From the NCBI RefSeq assembly GCF_004010195.1, contig NC_057712.1, forward strand, positions 87,911,872 to 87,975,871: a stretch of DNA of 64,000 nt, given 5' to 3'. Within the stretch, counting starts at the first letter, position 1. Each line of letters starts with the position of its first letter. Shown piece after piece: positions 38,695 through 51,004 of the stretch. The notes under the pieces are model-generated. The model saw only the letters and a program-made list of their open reading frames with translations, was not told where the DNA came from and ran no database searches. A program made the position numbers and the translations under genes. Source of the DNA: Chiloscyllium plagiosum. Taxonomy: Eukaryota.

Positions 38695-39650
38695 AGTGAA
38701 TTTTGAGAAGATAGGTAGCTCAGGTTGAGGTTCTGGCTGTAGGATTGCTCGCTGAGCTGGAAGGTTCATTTTCAGACGTTTCATCACCATACTAAGTAAT
38801 ATCTTCAGTGAGCCTCCAAATGAAGCACTGGTGGTGTAGCCTGCTTTCTGTTTATATGTTGGAGTTTCCTTGGGTTGGTGATGCCATTTCCTGTGGTGAT
38901 ATCATCTCCAATGGTGATGTCATTTCCTGTTCTTTTTCTCAGGGCATTGTATATGGGATCTAAGTCAATGTGTTTATTGATAGAGTTCTGGTTGGAATGC
39001 CATGTTTCTAGGAATTCTTGTGTGTGTCTCTGTTTGGCTTGTCCTCTCCAATGGTGATGTCATTTCCTGTTCTTTTTCTCAGGGCATTGTGTTTATTGAT
39101 AGAGTTCTGGTTGGAATGCCATGTTTCTAGGAATTCTTGTGTGTGTCTCTGTTTGGCTTGTCCCAGGATGGATGTGTTATCCCAGCCAAAGTGGTACCCT
39201 TCCTCATCCGTATGTAAGGATATTAGTGAGAGTGGGTCATTTCATTTTGTGGCTAGTTGACGTTCATGTATCCTGGTGGTTAGTTTGCTGCCTGTTTTTC
39301 CAATTTAGTGCTTCTTACAGTTCTTGCAAGGTATTTTTAGGTGACATTAGTTTTGCTTGTTGCCTTTATAGGGTCTTTCAAGTTCATTAGCGGCTATTTT
39401 AGTGTGTTGGTGGGTTTGTGGGCTACCATGATGCCAAGGGGTGTGAGTAGTGTGGCAGTCATTTCCATCCTAGGACAAGCCAAACACAGACATACACAAG
39501 AATTCCTAGAAGCATAGCATTCCAACTGGAACTCAATCAACAAACGCATTGACTTGGATCTCATTTACCATGCCCTAAGAAAAAGAATAGGAAATTACAT
39601 CACCATAGGAAATGATGTCACCACAGGAAATGACATTACCAACCCAAGTT
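38695..39650 (-). mobile_element. Penelope-like element: GIY-YIG end, terminal repeat with hammerhead, and inverted 5' segment
   Basis: Minus strand 39360-39090: SKTNV../KIPCKNCKKH*IGKTGSKLTTRIHE..HTDEEGYHFGWDNTSILGQAKQRHTQEFLETW. 39463-39650 is an inverted (+) copy of the 3' part. Internal tandem duplication ~38905-39160. Confidence 0.85.
38772..38811 (-). ncRNA. Minimal hammerhead ribozyme motif in the PLE terminal repeat (family B)
   Basis: TCA-CTGAAGA-T-ATTAC-TTAGTATG-GTGAT-GAA-ACGT-C-TGA; stem I TCA/TGA, stem II ATTAC/GTGAT. Confidence 0.7.
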
Positions 39651-42150
39651 CAGAGACTGGTTGTAGTCCCAGAAGTAGCCACCACTCAAACCTGGCGCTG
39701 CTGGGACTGCAGTGCTGTCCTCCTTCCAACATTGTCCAGTACCTCTCTAAGTAAGGATGTCCTCCCCTAATAGGGGACAAAAGTTCATAGAATTCCTAGA
39801 GTGTGAAAATAGGTCAATTTGGCCCAACAAGTCCACACCAACTTTCCGAAGTGCATCCCATCCAGACTCAACACCCCACCCTATTGCTGTACCCCTATTT
39901 TCCCATGACCAATCCACCTAAGCTACACATTGTTTGATTTAGCCTTAACCAATTAAAAGCCAGCTGAAAGTAACTAGGTGTGAGAGAAACAACAGTGAGG
40001 ATGCATTTTATTGAGGGGGTGGATGGGAAATCCTGCAACTTTCAACTACTGTTATCTGTGAAGCAGGATGAGCAAGAGTAAGAAAAAATAGAAATGGGTG
40101 AACAACTATGATGACTTTGTTCACTCCAATTTGATACCTGTTTAAAGAAAAAGAATATTTAATTTTGTAAACATACAGACAGCTTCTAATTGTCACCCAT
40201 TATTAAAGAATTTTAGAGCATGCATCCTTTCTTAACGATACTGGTGAGGCATAGCAAAGGACGGAGTTTATAAACACAGGAACAGATTTCCTTGCGTCAA
40301 TCACAAACCTTCAAATTTAAAGTAATGCAAAACAATGTTACCAGAAATGGGTTGTCTACAAACCTCACAAAACCCAAATTGTCTGGCGGTTTGTACTGTG
40401 ATGGATATCAAGATTCAGGAGCAAACCAAAGCATATACTTCAACTCAGACCACTGGGAGCCCTAATTTTTCCTGCTATAGTTCAATGAAATTCTACATAC
40501 CCCATGCACAATGACAATATAGACTGATGATATTCTTCTCTGTCACGATGTATAAAACCACTGTAGGATGGTACTGAATTTCACTTACATGGCTGGGTAA
40601 TTTATAAGAAGGAAAAATACTTACCAATCAAAATAACTGAAGATAAAAACAAAATGCAGGGTTTGAAAAAAGCAGAAAAACCCAACAACAAAGAAATAGA
40701 CCCATCACGGGTTGAAACCAAACATTTTATTTTAAAATGTAGTGCTTAAATCAAAGACATATAAATAAAACAAAAGCAGGCTTGGGCCAGGTTTAAGTCC
40801 AAAATGCTGAATAAAGGAATGGTGTTGGCTCTGTGTGAAAACCAAAGAACCAGAAAAGATGGAGGGGAATGGGACAAGACCAAAGTAATACATTGAGCAA
40901 AGAACCAAAACTGCGAAAGCTGTGCTGATGGAGAGTGGTAACAAGGGCAGCAAATTTAAAGATATATTTCACATTTATTTTGAAAACAACACAAATTAGA
41001 AAATTCAAAGCACACTTTCTTTTCCAGTTTATGACAACTTAAAAATTATAGAAGGAGCAAAGAACTACAGGTAGTAAAATGTGGCTGAATCATGGAAACT
41101 GAGGGCTGAAGGAAATATTATTCCATTCCCTGGGAAGGGCGAGCAACTATATAGTGATAGTCTGTTGTTTTCTAACAGTGTTGATATTATGAATGGTAAC
41201 AGCATGAAATAAGATTTGTGAAAGGAAAACATGAACACATGCAAACATTTAAATAAAACCAACACGTTTCCCCTTGTCGTATTCACAGCAGGTCAGACAA
41301 TGCACTATTTTATAACAGTAAGGTAGGGACATATCTTTATACTGAATGAAACAGTTAGGACGGAATCTTGCAGGGGTCTGAGCAATATGGGCTATGGTGA
41401 GATTTGCAACAGAATTGGACAAGAATTCCAGTGAGGCCCGTCTTGTTGTCAGGGGACCTTTTATGCTTTTGGCAAACAGCGCAGCACATTTCTCACTTGG
41501 CAGCAATGGGTGACTAATTAAGGGGATTATTTCCGATTAAATGCCTTGTTACAAGCCCAACTCTGTTCTTTCATATGCAGCTTCCTATCTTATTAGCACA
41601 CCAAGCAAATTAGAGAATTCAGCTTGGAAATCAGTCTGGGCACCAGGCAATTTCAGCTTGCAGGCTGCGCTGAAGGATCCCTGTGTTGGCATTGGTTACC
41701 AACATTTCATGGCAGCACCATAAATACTGGCCATATACATCCCACATTCACAAACATATGTGTCAACCTCGAAGAACCCTGGTGACGCATCTTAGATTCA
41801 CTTCTGCAATTTAATGCTGTATCAGAAACTATCATTGAAACACTTCTGCAAGGACACCGTGCATTCATTGTCACAGACTGGGACTGGACCAGGCTGTATG
41901 TCCACCTGATACCTCATTCTCATAGTTCTCAATCACTCTGAGCTTATCTGGACGCTCTCACCATTCATGCCTTGATATAACAATTTTATGCTCATATTAC
42001 TTCTGTTCAGCAGGGACCCAAAGGAAGGAAGCTTGTCAGCAAGCCTTAGTCAGGTCAAGGGAGTCAGTCATTGCACAGGGATTCTTGACACAGGAAGTCA
42101 AGGATAGCCTCTGTTACCAATCCATTGGCTTGGACACAATCATTCAGCTA

Positions 42151-42365
42151 GGAAAAAGTAAGGACTGCAGATGCTGGAGATCAGCGTTGAAAAGCGTGGT
42201 GCTGGAAAAGCACAGCAGGTCAGGCAGCATCCGAGGAACAGGAGAATCTACATTTCGGCATAAGCCCTTCATCAGGATTGACAAAGGGCTGATGAAGGGT
42301 TTATGTCTGAAACATCAACTCTCCTGTTCCTTGGATGCTGCCTGACCTGCCAGCACCACATTTTC
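42151..42365. mobile_element. Palindromic family-A element, decayed cores
   Basis: Arms around cccttcatcagg..ctgatgaaggg. 18-bp TSD gacaca(a/g)tcattcagcta at 42133-42150 and 42366-42383. Confidence 0.85.
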
Positions 42366-42504
42366 GACACAGTCATTCAGCTACTTGTGCAGTCAGGGTC
42401 AGGCTGCTCTCCAATAAAAGAGGTGATTTACTGAATGTTGGGTAACCTACCACCTGTTTTATGCCTTTCTGCCTAATTGGGGATTTTTTTCATTCTAGAC
42501 TAGA

Positions 42505-43462
42505 GAGGTAGAGTCATAGTCATACAGCACAGAAACACTCCCTGCAACTCATCCATGCCTACAAAGCTTCCCAAACTTAATTAATCCCACATTCCTGTAT
42601 TTAGCTCACATCACTCTAAACCTTTTCTATTCATGTCCACATCCAAATGTCTTTTAAATGTTGTAACTGTGCCTGTACCTACCACTTCCTCTGGCAGTTC
42701 ATGCCACATACGAACCACCCTCTGTGTGGAAAAGTTGCCCCTCAGGTCCCTTTTAAATATTTCTCCTCTCACCTTAAAAATATGCCCCCTAGTTTTGGAC
42801 TCCCCCACCACAAGGAAAAGACCTTTGCTATCCACCTTATCTGTGCCCCTCATGACTTTATAAACCTCTGCAAGGCCAAAGAGCCACACAGTCATACCAT
42901 GCCTCAATCTCCTAAGGTCCAGTGAAAAAGGCCTGTCCAGCCTATCCTTATAACTCAAATCCACCCATCCAGGCAACATCCTGCTAAATCTTTTCTGAAC
43001 CCTCTCCATTTTCATAATGTCCTTCCTGTAGCAGTGTGACCAAAACTGGATAAAGTACTCCAAAAGTGGCCTCACCAACATCCCGTACAACTCCAACTTT
43101 ACATCCAAACTCCTATACTCAATGGACTGAGCGTGCTAAATGCCTTCTTAACCATCCTGTTGACCTGTGATGTAGCTTTCAGAGAATTATGTAACTGAAC
43201 CCCTAGGTCTCTCTGTTCAACAACACCACCCTGGGCCCTACCACCATTAACTGTGTAAGCCCAGCGCTCATTTGTTTTACTAAAATATAATACCTCGCAT
43301 TTATCCAAATTAAACTCCATCTGTCACTCCTCAGCCCATTGGCCTAATTGATCAAGATCTCTTTGTAATCTTAGGTAACCTTCTTCCCCGTCAACTATAT
43401 CACCCAGTTTATTGCCATCTGCAAACTTACTAACCATGCCTCCTAAATTCTCATCCAAATCC
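42505..43462 (-). mobile_element. CR1 RT C-terminal and 3' fragment
   Basis: ORFs 43099-43320 (MEFNLDKCEVL) and 42611-43108 (LVRPLLEY..QFWS...TRGH.FKV). Confidence 0.92.
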
Positions 43463-44076
43463 AAGATGTGAAATGAGTGACACAACTGTTACATTTGGTG
43501 TGAGGTGTCCCAAGTAAATGAGGGGGCAGAACAGTGGGAAGGGTTAATTGTGTCAAGGGTTGTGGTCAGTGAAAGCAAGTGAGAGGAGAAGTTGCAGGTT
43601 TTACTAGAGGAATAGAGCATGAGCCTTGGTGGGAGGTGAGTACAGGAACAAAGATAGAGAGATTGTGAGGCATCATAGGGAAAATAATGGCATTAAATTT
43701 GGCATGATGTCACTGATTATCTTCCGACATTGCTGGGCATTCCTTCAGATAGCTGAAGCTGCTTTAACTGGGTGGTAACCCTGGACCAGGCTGTTTTTTG
43801 GTATTATGGCCACCACTACTGCTTCTGGGGGGAAAGAAAATCCCACCCATTCCCCTTCCCCATCTGTATGTCCACAGCAAATGGCAGGAACCATGCAGAG
43901 CATCTCCAGACTGATAGTGCTTATCTGGGTGCATAACAACGTTTAAACATGACATAGATGTAAGGGATGTCAGTGAATTCTGGGATATCGGCTGAATAGT
44001 ACATCGCTCTTAAAACGGCACATAGTAAGATGGGGTTGAAATTGAACACAATAGTCATCATAGGGATGGAATGAGA

Positions 44077-44333
44077 TATAACAAGAAAGCAAGCTGAGCC
44101 TTGCAATGAAAATCCCAACAAAAAACAGACTTAATCAAAAAAAATTCAATCTTGGTCATGACATATCATTAAGGACCAGAACAAACACCCTCAAGACACA
44201 TTATAACAAGAAAGCAAGCTGAGCCTTGCAATGAAAATCCCAACAAAAAACTTAGACTTAATCAAAAAAAATTCAATCTTGGTCATGACATATCATTAAG
44301 GACCAGAAGACCAAACCCCCTCAAGACACATTA
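44077..44333. repeat. Local tandem duplication, period 125 bp
   Basis: tataacaagaaagcaagctgagcc...tcaagacacat starts at 44077 and again at 44202, with small indels. Confidence 0.9.
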
Positions 44334-44499
44334 AGAATGGAGCCTAGAACCTAATGTTTTCTTATTTAAAAGACAAGCATATGGTGTTACATTCCAGATG
44401 CAAGTTAATTGGACAAACTACTAAACTTTAGGCAAAATACACTTTATTTTTACACTACAATTAAAATACAGACAAAATAAAAATAAAATGAGAAACCCC

Positions 44500-45012
44500 T
44501 CATTCTTCTAATCTCCAGCAAAGACAGACTATGAGACAGAGCATCAGAAGTGGGCTATTCAGCTAATTCAATGAGATCATGGATCATCTGATTGTCTCAA
44601 ATCCATTTTCATTCCTCTTCCCCATAACCCTTGCTTCCTTTACTGATCAAAAATCTGTTGATCTCAGCCTAGAATATACTTAATGAGCCAGCCTCAGTAG
44701 CCCTCTGTGGTAAAGACGTCCACAGACTCTCCCACAAGAGGAATCAATATTTCTGCATCTACCCTGTCAAGGCCTCTCGTGTATGTTTCATTCTGTTATT
44801 CTTCTACATTCCAATGAATACTGGCCTAATCTCTTTATCCTCTCCTTGTAAGGCACTCCTTCCAAACCTAAGATCAATCTAGTGAACCTTCTCTAGACTT
44901 CCTCCAATGCAGTATATCTTGCCTTTGATAAGGGGCTCAAAACTGTCCACAGTATTCTAGCTGTGGACTGACTAGTGCTTTGTATAGTTTGAGCAAAAAT
45001 CTTCCTACTTTT
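44500..45012 (-). mobile_element. Old CR1 3' fragment; appears to continue at ~46060-46400
   Basis: 3'UTR-like attcaatgagatcatgg; ggggctcaaaactgtccacagtattctagctgtgg is the reverse complement of PQLEYCGQF.AP. Confidence 0.7.
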
Positions 45013-45014
45013 AT

Positions 45015-45340
45015 GATTAGATTAGATTAGATTATAGTGTGGAAACAGGCCCTTCGGCCCAACAAGTCCACACCGACCCACCGAAGCGCAACCCACCCAG
45101 ACCCATTCCCCCACATTTACCCCTTCAACTAACACTACGGGCAATTTACCATGGCCAACTCACATAACCTGCACATTTTTTTGGATTGTGGGAGGAAACC
45201 GGAGCACCAGGAGGAAACCCACGCAGACACGGGGAGAATGTGCAAACTCCACACAGAGAGTCACCTGAGGCGGGAATTGAACCCGGGTCTCTGGCGCTGT
45301 GAGGCTGCAGTGCTAACCACTGTGCCACCATGCCGTCCAC
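45015..45340 (-). mobile_element. HE1 SINE, young, full length
   Basis: Near-identical to 7551-7868; (attag)n at the left end. Confidence 0.93.
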
Positions 45341-45357
45341 AAACGTGGGCTCGTCCG

Positions 45358-46060
45358 GGAGAGATGAGCATAGAGATCTCGGTGTCCAGGTACACAGATC
45401 CTTGAAAGTTGCCACCCAGGTTTACAGGATTATTAAGAAGGCATACAGTGTATTAGTTTTTATTAATAGAGGGATCAAGTTCCGGAACTATGAGGTTATG
45501 CTACAGCTGTACAAAACTCTGGTGCGGCCACACTTGGAGTATTGTGTACAGTTCTGGTCACTGCATTATAAGAAGGATGTGGAAGCTTTGGAAGGAGTGC
45601 TGTGGAGATTTACTAGGATGTTGCCTGGTATGGAGGGAAGGCCTTACGAGGAAAGGCTGAGGTACTTGAGGCTGTTTTCGTCAGAGAGAAGAAGGTTGAG
45701 AGGTGACCTAATAGAGACATATAAGATAATCAGAGGGTTAGATAGGGTGGACATGGAGAGCCTTTTTCCAAGTATGGTGACGGTGAGCATGAGGGGGCAT
45801 AGCTTTAAATTGAGGGGTGATAGATATAGGACAGATGTCAGAGGTAGTTTCTTTACTCAGAGAGTAGTAAGGGTATGGAATGCTTTGCCTGCAACAGTAG
45901 TAGATTCGCCAACTTTAAGTACATTTAAGTCCTCATTGGACAAGCATATGGACGTACATAGAATAGTGTAGGTTACATGGGCTTCAGATTGGTATGACAG
46001 GTCGGCGCAACATCGAGGGCCGAAGGGCCTTTACTGCACTGTAAAGTTCTATGTTCTATG
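45358..46060 (+). mobile_element. Young 5'-truncated CR1 with open RT C-terminal frame
   Basis: ORF 45330-45971: RDLGVQVHRSLKVA...LYKTLVRPHLEYCVQFWS...RGHSFKL...FFTQRVVRVWNALP. Tail (gttctat)n. Confidence 0.93.
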
Positions 46061-48879
46061 TGACTCTTTGTGTCATCATAATCCTTGCCTTCCCAACTTA
46101 TTTGTGACTTTCATAAATTTAGCACTCATTTTCCTCTTCCAAGTCATTAACATATATTGTAAATAATTGTGGCCACAGCACTAACCCTGTGGCACATCAT
46201 TAATTCTAGGTTATATCCTGAGAATGACTCCTTATCCCAAATCTGTCTGCTATTAATTAGCCAATTTCCTATCCATGCTCACATACATGGTCTTTTATTT
46301 TATAATGTAATCTAATGTGCAGTAACTTATCAAACACCTTCTGAAAATCCAAATCATTTGCATTCACTGCTTCTCCTTTATCTATTAGTAAATTTGTCAT
46401 GCATGATATATTCTTGGCTATGCAACTTGTGAAATCCGTTCTCACCATTGTCCAAGAATCTGGCCTGAAGTACATGCTATGGAATGTGTAAACATGATCC
46501 TATGCTTTCTGCCAAAACCCCTGTCTTTATCCCACACTTCCCTTCTGCAGTTACTCTTTCAGGTACAAAGAACTGCCACTTACATTTCTTGGAAAAGTCC
46601 AACACCATTTCCTTCTGATTACAATGATTTTAAGAGCTCTTGCAAAAATACATAATGCAATGATATACTAACTCTCTACTGAAAAACAAGACCAAAACTC
46701 TGAGAGTCTCGTGTTGATGTCCTTCACCAGCCCCACAAGAGGATCTCTTTTGCATCGAAATGCATGTCAGTTGAGAATGGTTAATAGAAAACTTTAAAAG
46801 GTGAGGTCCAACATGGCAGTGCATGTTAAAAATCAATGTAAAACACTGTTGTCACAATCTGCCCACTCTGCATATTTGCAGCAATATGCATGAACTGGAA
46901 CCCTTCCAATTGTGATGCATTGCAAGCTGCACCAGAAGCAGATCAGTCATCATTTTCAACATTTCTCAGCTTCATTGCAGAATCCAATCGTACAATTCCT
47001 ATATCATTACAAATCATACATTTTGTTCTTTTTAAAGTACTTTGAAGTATTATTTACTTTTTAAACACTGTGTTAAAATTTCTGTCCACCGTTTCATGAT
47101 TTTAACAATTGAGCCCTTTCAAAATGTCAAAAATGACTTGTTAACAATGCACAGTCTTTGCCTCCACTGTGCAGTTCCATAGGTCACAAGATTACTTTTT
47201 ATCAAGAAACTTCTGTCAATTTATCCTAAATTTATCCTCAATTGCTTTTACATTGATAGGTCTGAAATCAGCATCTCTTGTAATCAGTATTATTACCAAC
47301 TCCCTGACACCTTTGAAGACAAACATCAACTCTCAAAGAAATTAACAAAATGGCAGCTCATTACATGCCTCAGTCATTCAATACTGATTATACATCCCGT
47401 CTAATGAAAGTAAATGCAAAGGAGTTAACATTATTTTTGAATTGAGGTCATGACGTGTCATTTTTAATACAAAATTACAAAAGTGAAAGATTTTATAAAA
47501 ATAATTTAAATGGAATATTATCTAATACAAAGAATGAGAATATTTACAGCACAGAAAGCAGCCCATCATATCCATTACTAATCTTGGCAAAAGCAACTCA
47601 GCTTATCCCAGCCCTTGGCTTTTTCTTCACATCCCTGGTCAGATAATTATCCAATTCCACTTTGAAAACTGCAACTGAATCTGTCCCCATTCTCTAATAA
47701 AGGTTTTCCTCATATTCTCTTTGACTCTTTTGGAATTCACCTTTAATCATTGCCCTGTAATTTCTGACTCTTCCTCCGACAGCATCGTCTTTTCTGTAAA
47801 AACCCTGTCCAGGCGCTTCATGATTTTGAAATCTAGCTTCTCAAATCTATCTGGTATCCAGAAAGCATTCTCATAAATGTTTCATATTCTCTCTGAGGCC
47901 TTCATATCCTTCCAAAAGTGTAACAATCAGCAATCAGAATCAGACACAGCACTCGACTTAAGGCCAAACCCATATTTTACATATGTTGGAATATTTTTGC
48001 ATTTGTAATATTTTGCCTCTATAAAGCCCAGGATGCCATGTGCCTTATTATCTGCTTCCTCAACCTGCCCAATACAAAAATAAAGTTTATTCTGTAAGTA
48101 GGCCCAGTTGGACATGTTATAGTGGTTTAAATGATACTTGACACAGACAAAGCAAAGGCTGTTTTCCGCTAGTGCGCCTTTGGGGATACAACACAAAAGA
48201 TTGACAAATTCACATACTTATTAACTTTACAGTTAAGCTTGTCACTTAGGCATACAATTTGTTGTGTGACCAGGAACAGTATAAGATAATTACAGTATTA
48301 ATGTCTCATTGAAAGACTGGACCTTGGTTGGGATAAACATTTTCCATCGTAAGGCTAATCAAACTCTATCTGTGTCAATGTCCAGTGACTGTGTCCCTTG
48401 TAAACGCAATCAGGTTCCCAATATGCAACTTTTTTTTTCTGTAATATTAACAAGTTTCTACTTATACTACATTATCATTGTTATGTCTCCTTGTGTAGCT
48501 AAATGACTCATGCGTCCTCTAGATCTGAGCAATCCTTCATAAAACTCATATTTAAGTATGTTTTGTTTTAACACTTAAAGTCTAAGCTAAGTGTCACATT
48601 ACACCAATCTGCAGCCTGCTGGATATCAATCTACCATCTCTATATCTACATTGTTGTTGAATTAATTCCTGCACCTATGGACATCAATTATGTCCTTTGC
48701 TCTTTGAAGCCACATTCATTGGTAATTGTTGCTCCTTGCCCCAGTTCCTGGTGGCCTATTAGGAGGTTAGATTTACAAGTTCCAATGAGCTATACCACAA
48801 ACCTGCCCCCAAATCTCTTCCTATCTAAATGCAGTCCTTTAGGCAATATTTTTATCAGTGATTATCAGCATCTACACCA

Positions 48880-49630
48880 GTAGCAAACTTCATATTCAAT
48901 AATGAGTCCAACCTGGATTACCAGCTACTCTGTGTGGTACACAATTCTAATCCAGGGATAAGACCCCAATCCCAAACCATCTGCCGCTCCTGTGTGTTTT
49001 TGAGTTTGGCTTCCACATCCTTTCCTAGTTGTTTGATGTCCTGTCGGATTGATTGAATGTGCTTCCTTTGTGTCCCAGCTTCTTTCTTCATCTTCTGTAG
49101 ATGCTCTGGCAGGTTTTGGATTGGCTTCCCTTTAAAAAACAGGTATCTCAACAAGTCTTGGGTTCAATGATTGATTATACTCATCTCGTCCCTGTGCCGA
49201 GGTTAGACTTAGATATCACCAAATATCTGATTGTCAATGGTACTTGGGTGTGGAAGCAGAAACTTGAGTTGCTCACTGGGCAGTATATTACTATTCTGCT
49301 TATGAGGCACACTGGTGGTCTCATTGTATTCCTCTTCTCTACAAGTGTTGGTTCATGGTAGATGCTGGATATTTCAAGAGTGCAGCTAAGGAAGATAATA
49401 AAATCATACGTGGCTTTCAACTTATCCTTATGAACAAGTACCACCTACACCCAAGCAGTAAGCCACATGTTTGGGTACAGGAAAGTCCTTCAGCCATTTG
49501 CTATCTCCCCTAATCACTGTATTTTTGTGCATTATACCGTTGTGATGGTTAAAGTCAAATTGAGCATAAAAGTCCATTGGAACATTGCTTTGCTCAATGT
49601 AATTTATATGTGAACAATTCTTTATAGCCA
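48880..49630 (-). pseudogene. Possible env/fusion-glycoprotein relic of an LTR element or endogenous retrovirus
   Basis: Consecutive - strand ORF pieces: Cys-rich SCTLEI...PVCL...YCPVSNSSFCF, then heptad-like HIQSIRQDIKQLGKDVEAKL, then aromatic VWDWGL. Order resembles a class-I fusion protein ectodomain end. Pattern recognition only. Confidence 0.35.
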
Positions 49631-51004
49631 ATAACTAATAATTCATTAATAAATTTCAAGTAGCTGTATACAATTATTCTAGCAATTCAAATTTCTATTT
49701 ACAATTGAATTGGCAACTCAGGCGACAAAATTTAGCCATGTAGCCAGCCCATATCCTCATGTGCATTTACTCGAATTAACCAGCTTCTCTCATTCAGGCT
49801 CAACAAGTTACGCAAAATGTGAACCTGCAATCAACATTCACATTAATTAGACAATTTAATGATAAATAAATTGAGTACTTCTTGATTGCAAGAGATGTTA
49901 CTTGAGTTTTTATTGGATAGGCCTGTTGGGTTCACAACAAACTGACTCAATTCCTTTCACAATTATGGTTGCCAGGCAAATCAGCAAGTCTGCAGTTTCC
50001 ATAGTAAAGAGAACATTGCAGATACTGGTCATCACCAATTAATCTTTATTATTCATCACATTTCCATAATCCTTGATCTGTGTCAAGTGTTACAACCGAA
50101 ATTTCCTTTTCATTTCCACACGTGGCTACTCGCACTTTATTAGGGCATTACCAGCAAAGTGCTAAGCTTGGTTTTGCAAGAGGACCTATTCTTGATTCTC
50201 CTATATAGTCATAACTGGGTTAATGATCCATGAACCTTAGCTTTGACGACTCCAACTTCTTGCTGCTGTTGCTGTGAGGTTCCATATTATCTCTTTATAT
50301 TATGTACAACCAGCCCTTGAGCTAACATACATTCTCACCTGCTCCAGGCAATCGTATAATCATGCACTGCTTCAAGTGTACATCCACTATTCATGTATGT
50401 GGTGGTTCCTTTTCTTTCCCTTTCAAGAATTTGCTGGAGCTAAAAATTATGTATCCTGACTTAAACTAGCTTTTAATGTTATATTCTGGAACTAGACAAT
50501 TTGTTCAAAGAGCAACAATCAGTTTGTTTAAAGTGCACATTGCCTGACCACACGGTGTAATGATTTCATTTCAGCAATCTGTGGGTCTCAGGGCTCCCTG
50601 GGCTATTGCATTCCCCGAGAATAGACTACATTTAATTGGCTTCTTCTTTGACTTTGGTATGAAAGATTGGAATTTAAAAATGACTAGATCTTTATGCACA
50701 GTTGTGGAACTGTTTATAAGCTTTAAAGTAATACCAGCTATTCTTACTCAGTAACTTGAACCTTCACATTTTGATAATTTCCCTCAGCCCTGTTGCTTAA
50801 TTACAGAGTGTTGGATGAATTGTCAAGTATGTCCAAACCTCTCAGTTTTTTTTTTCGCCTTCAGAATTTAAATCACCTAACAGGTTTGTCTGTAAATTCC
50901 AAATAGCAACATTGGAAATAAAAGTAAGTTTGCCTTAGTCTTTCAAGAATTGTGGCAACTATCAGAATCCTCAAATCTTAAGCTTTACACCATGTTTTTA
51001 AACA

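Noticed and set aside
45330-45971. Longest ORF (213 aa) as a host gene
   Set aside because: It is the C-terminal part of CR1 ORF2, with its ATG supplied by the adjacent SINE.
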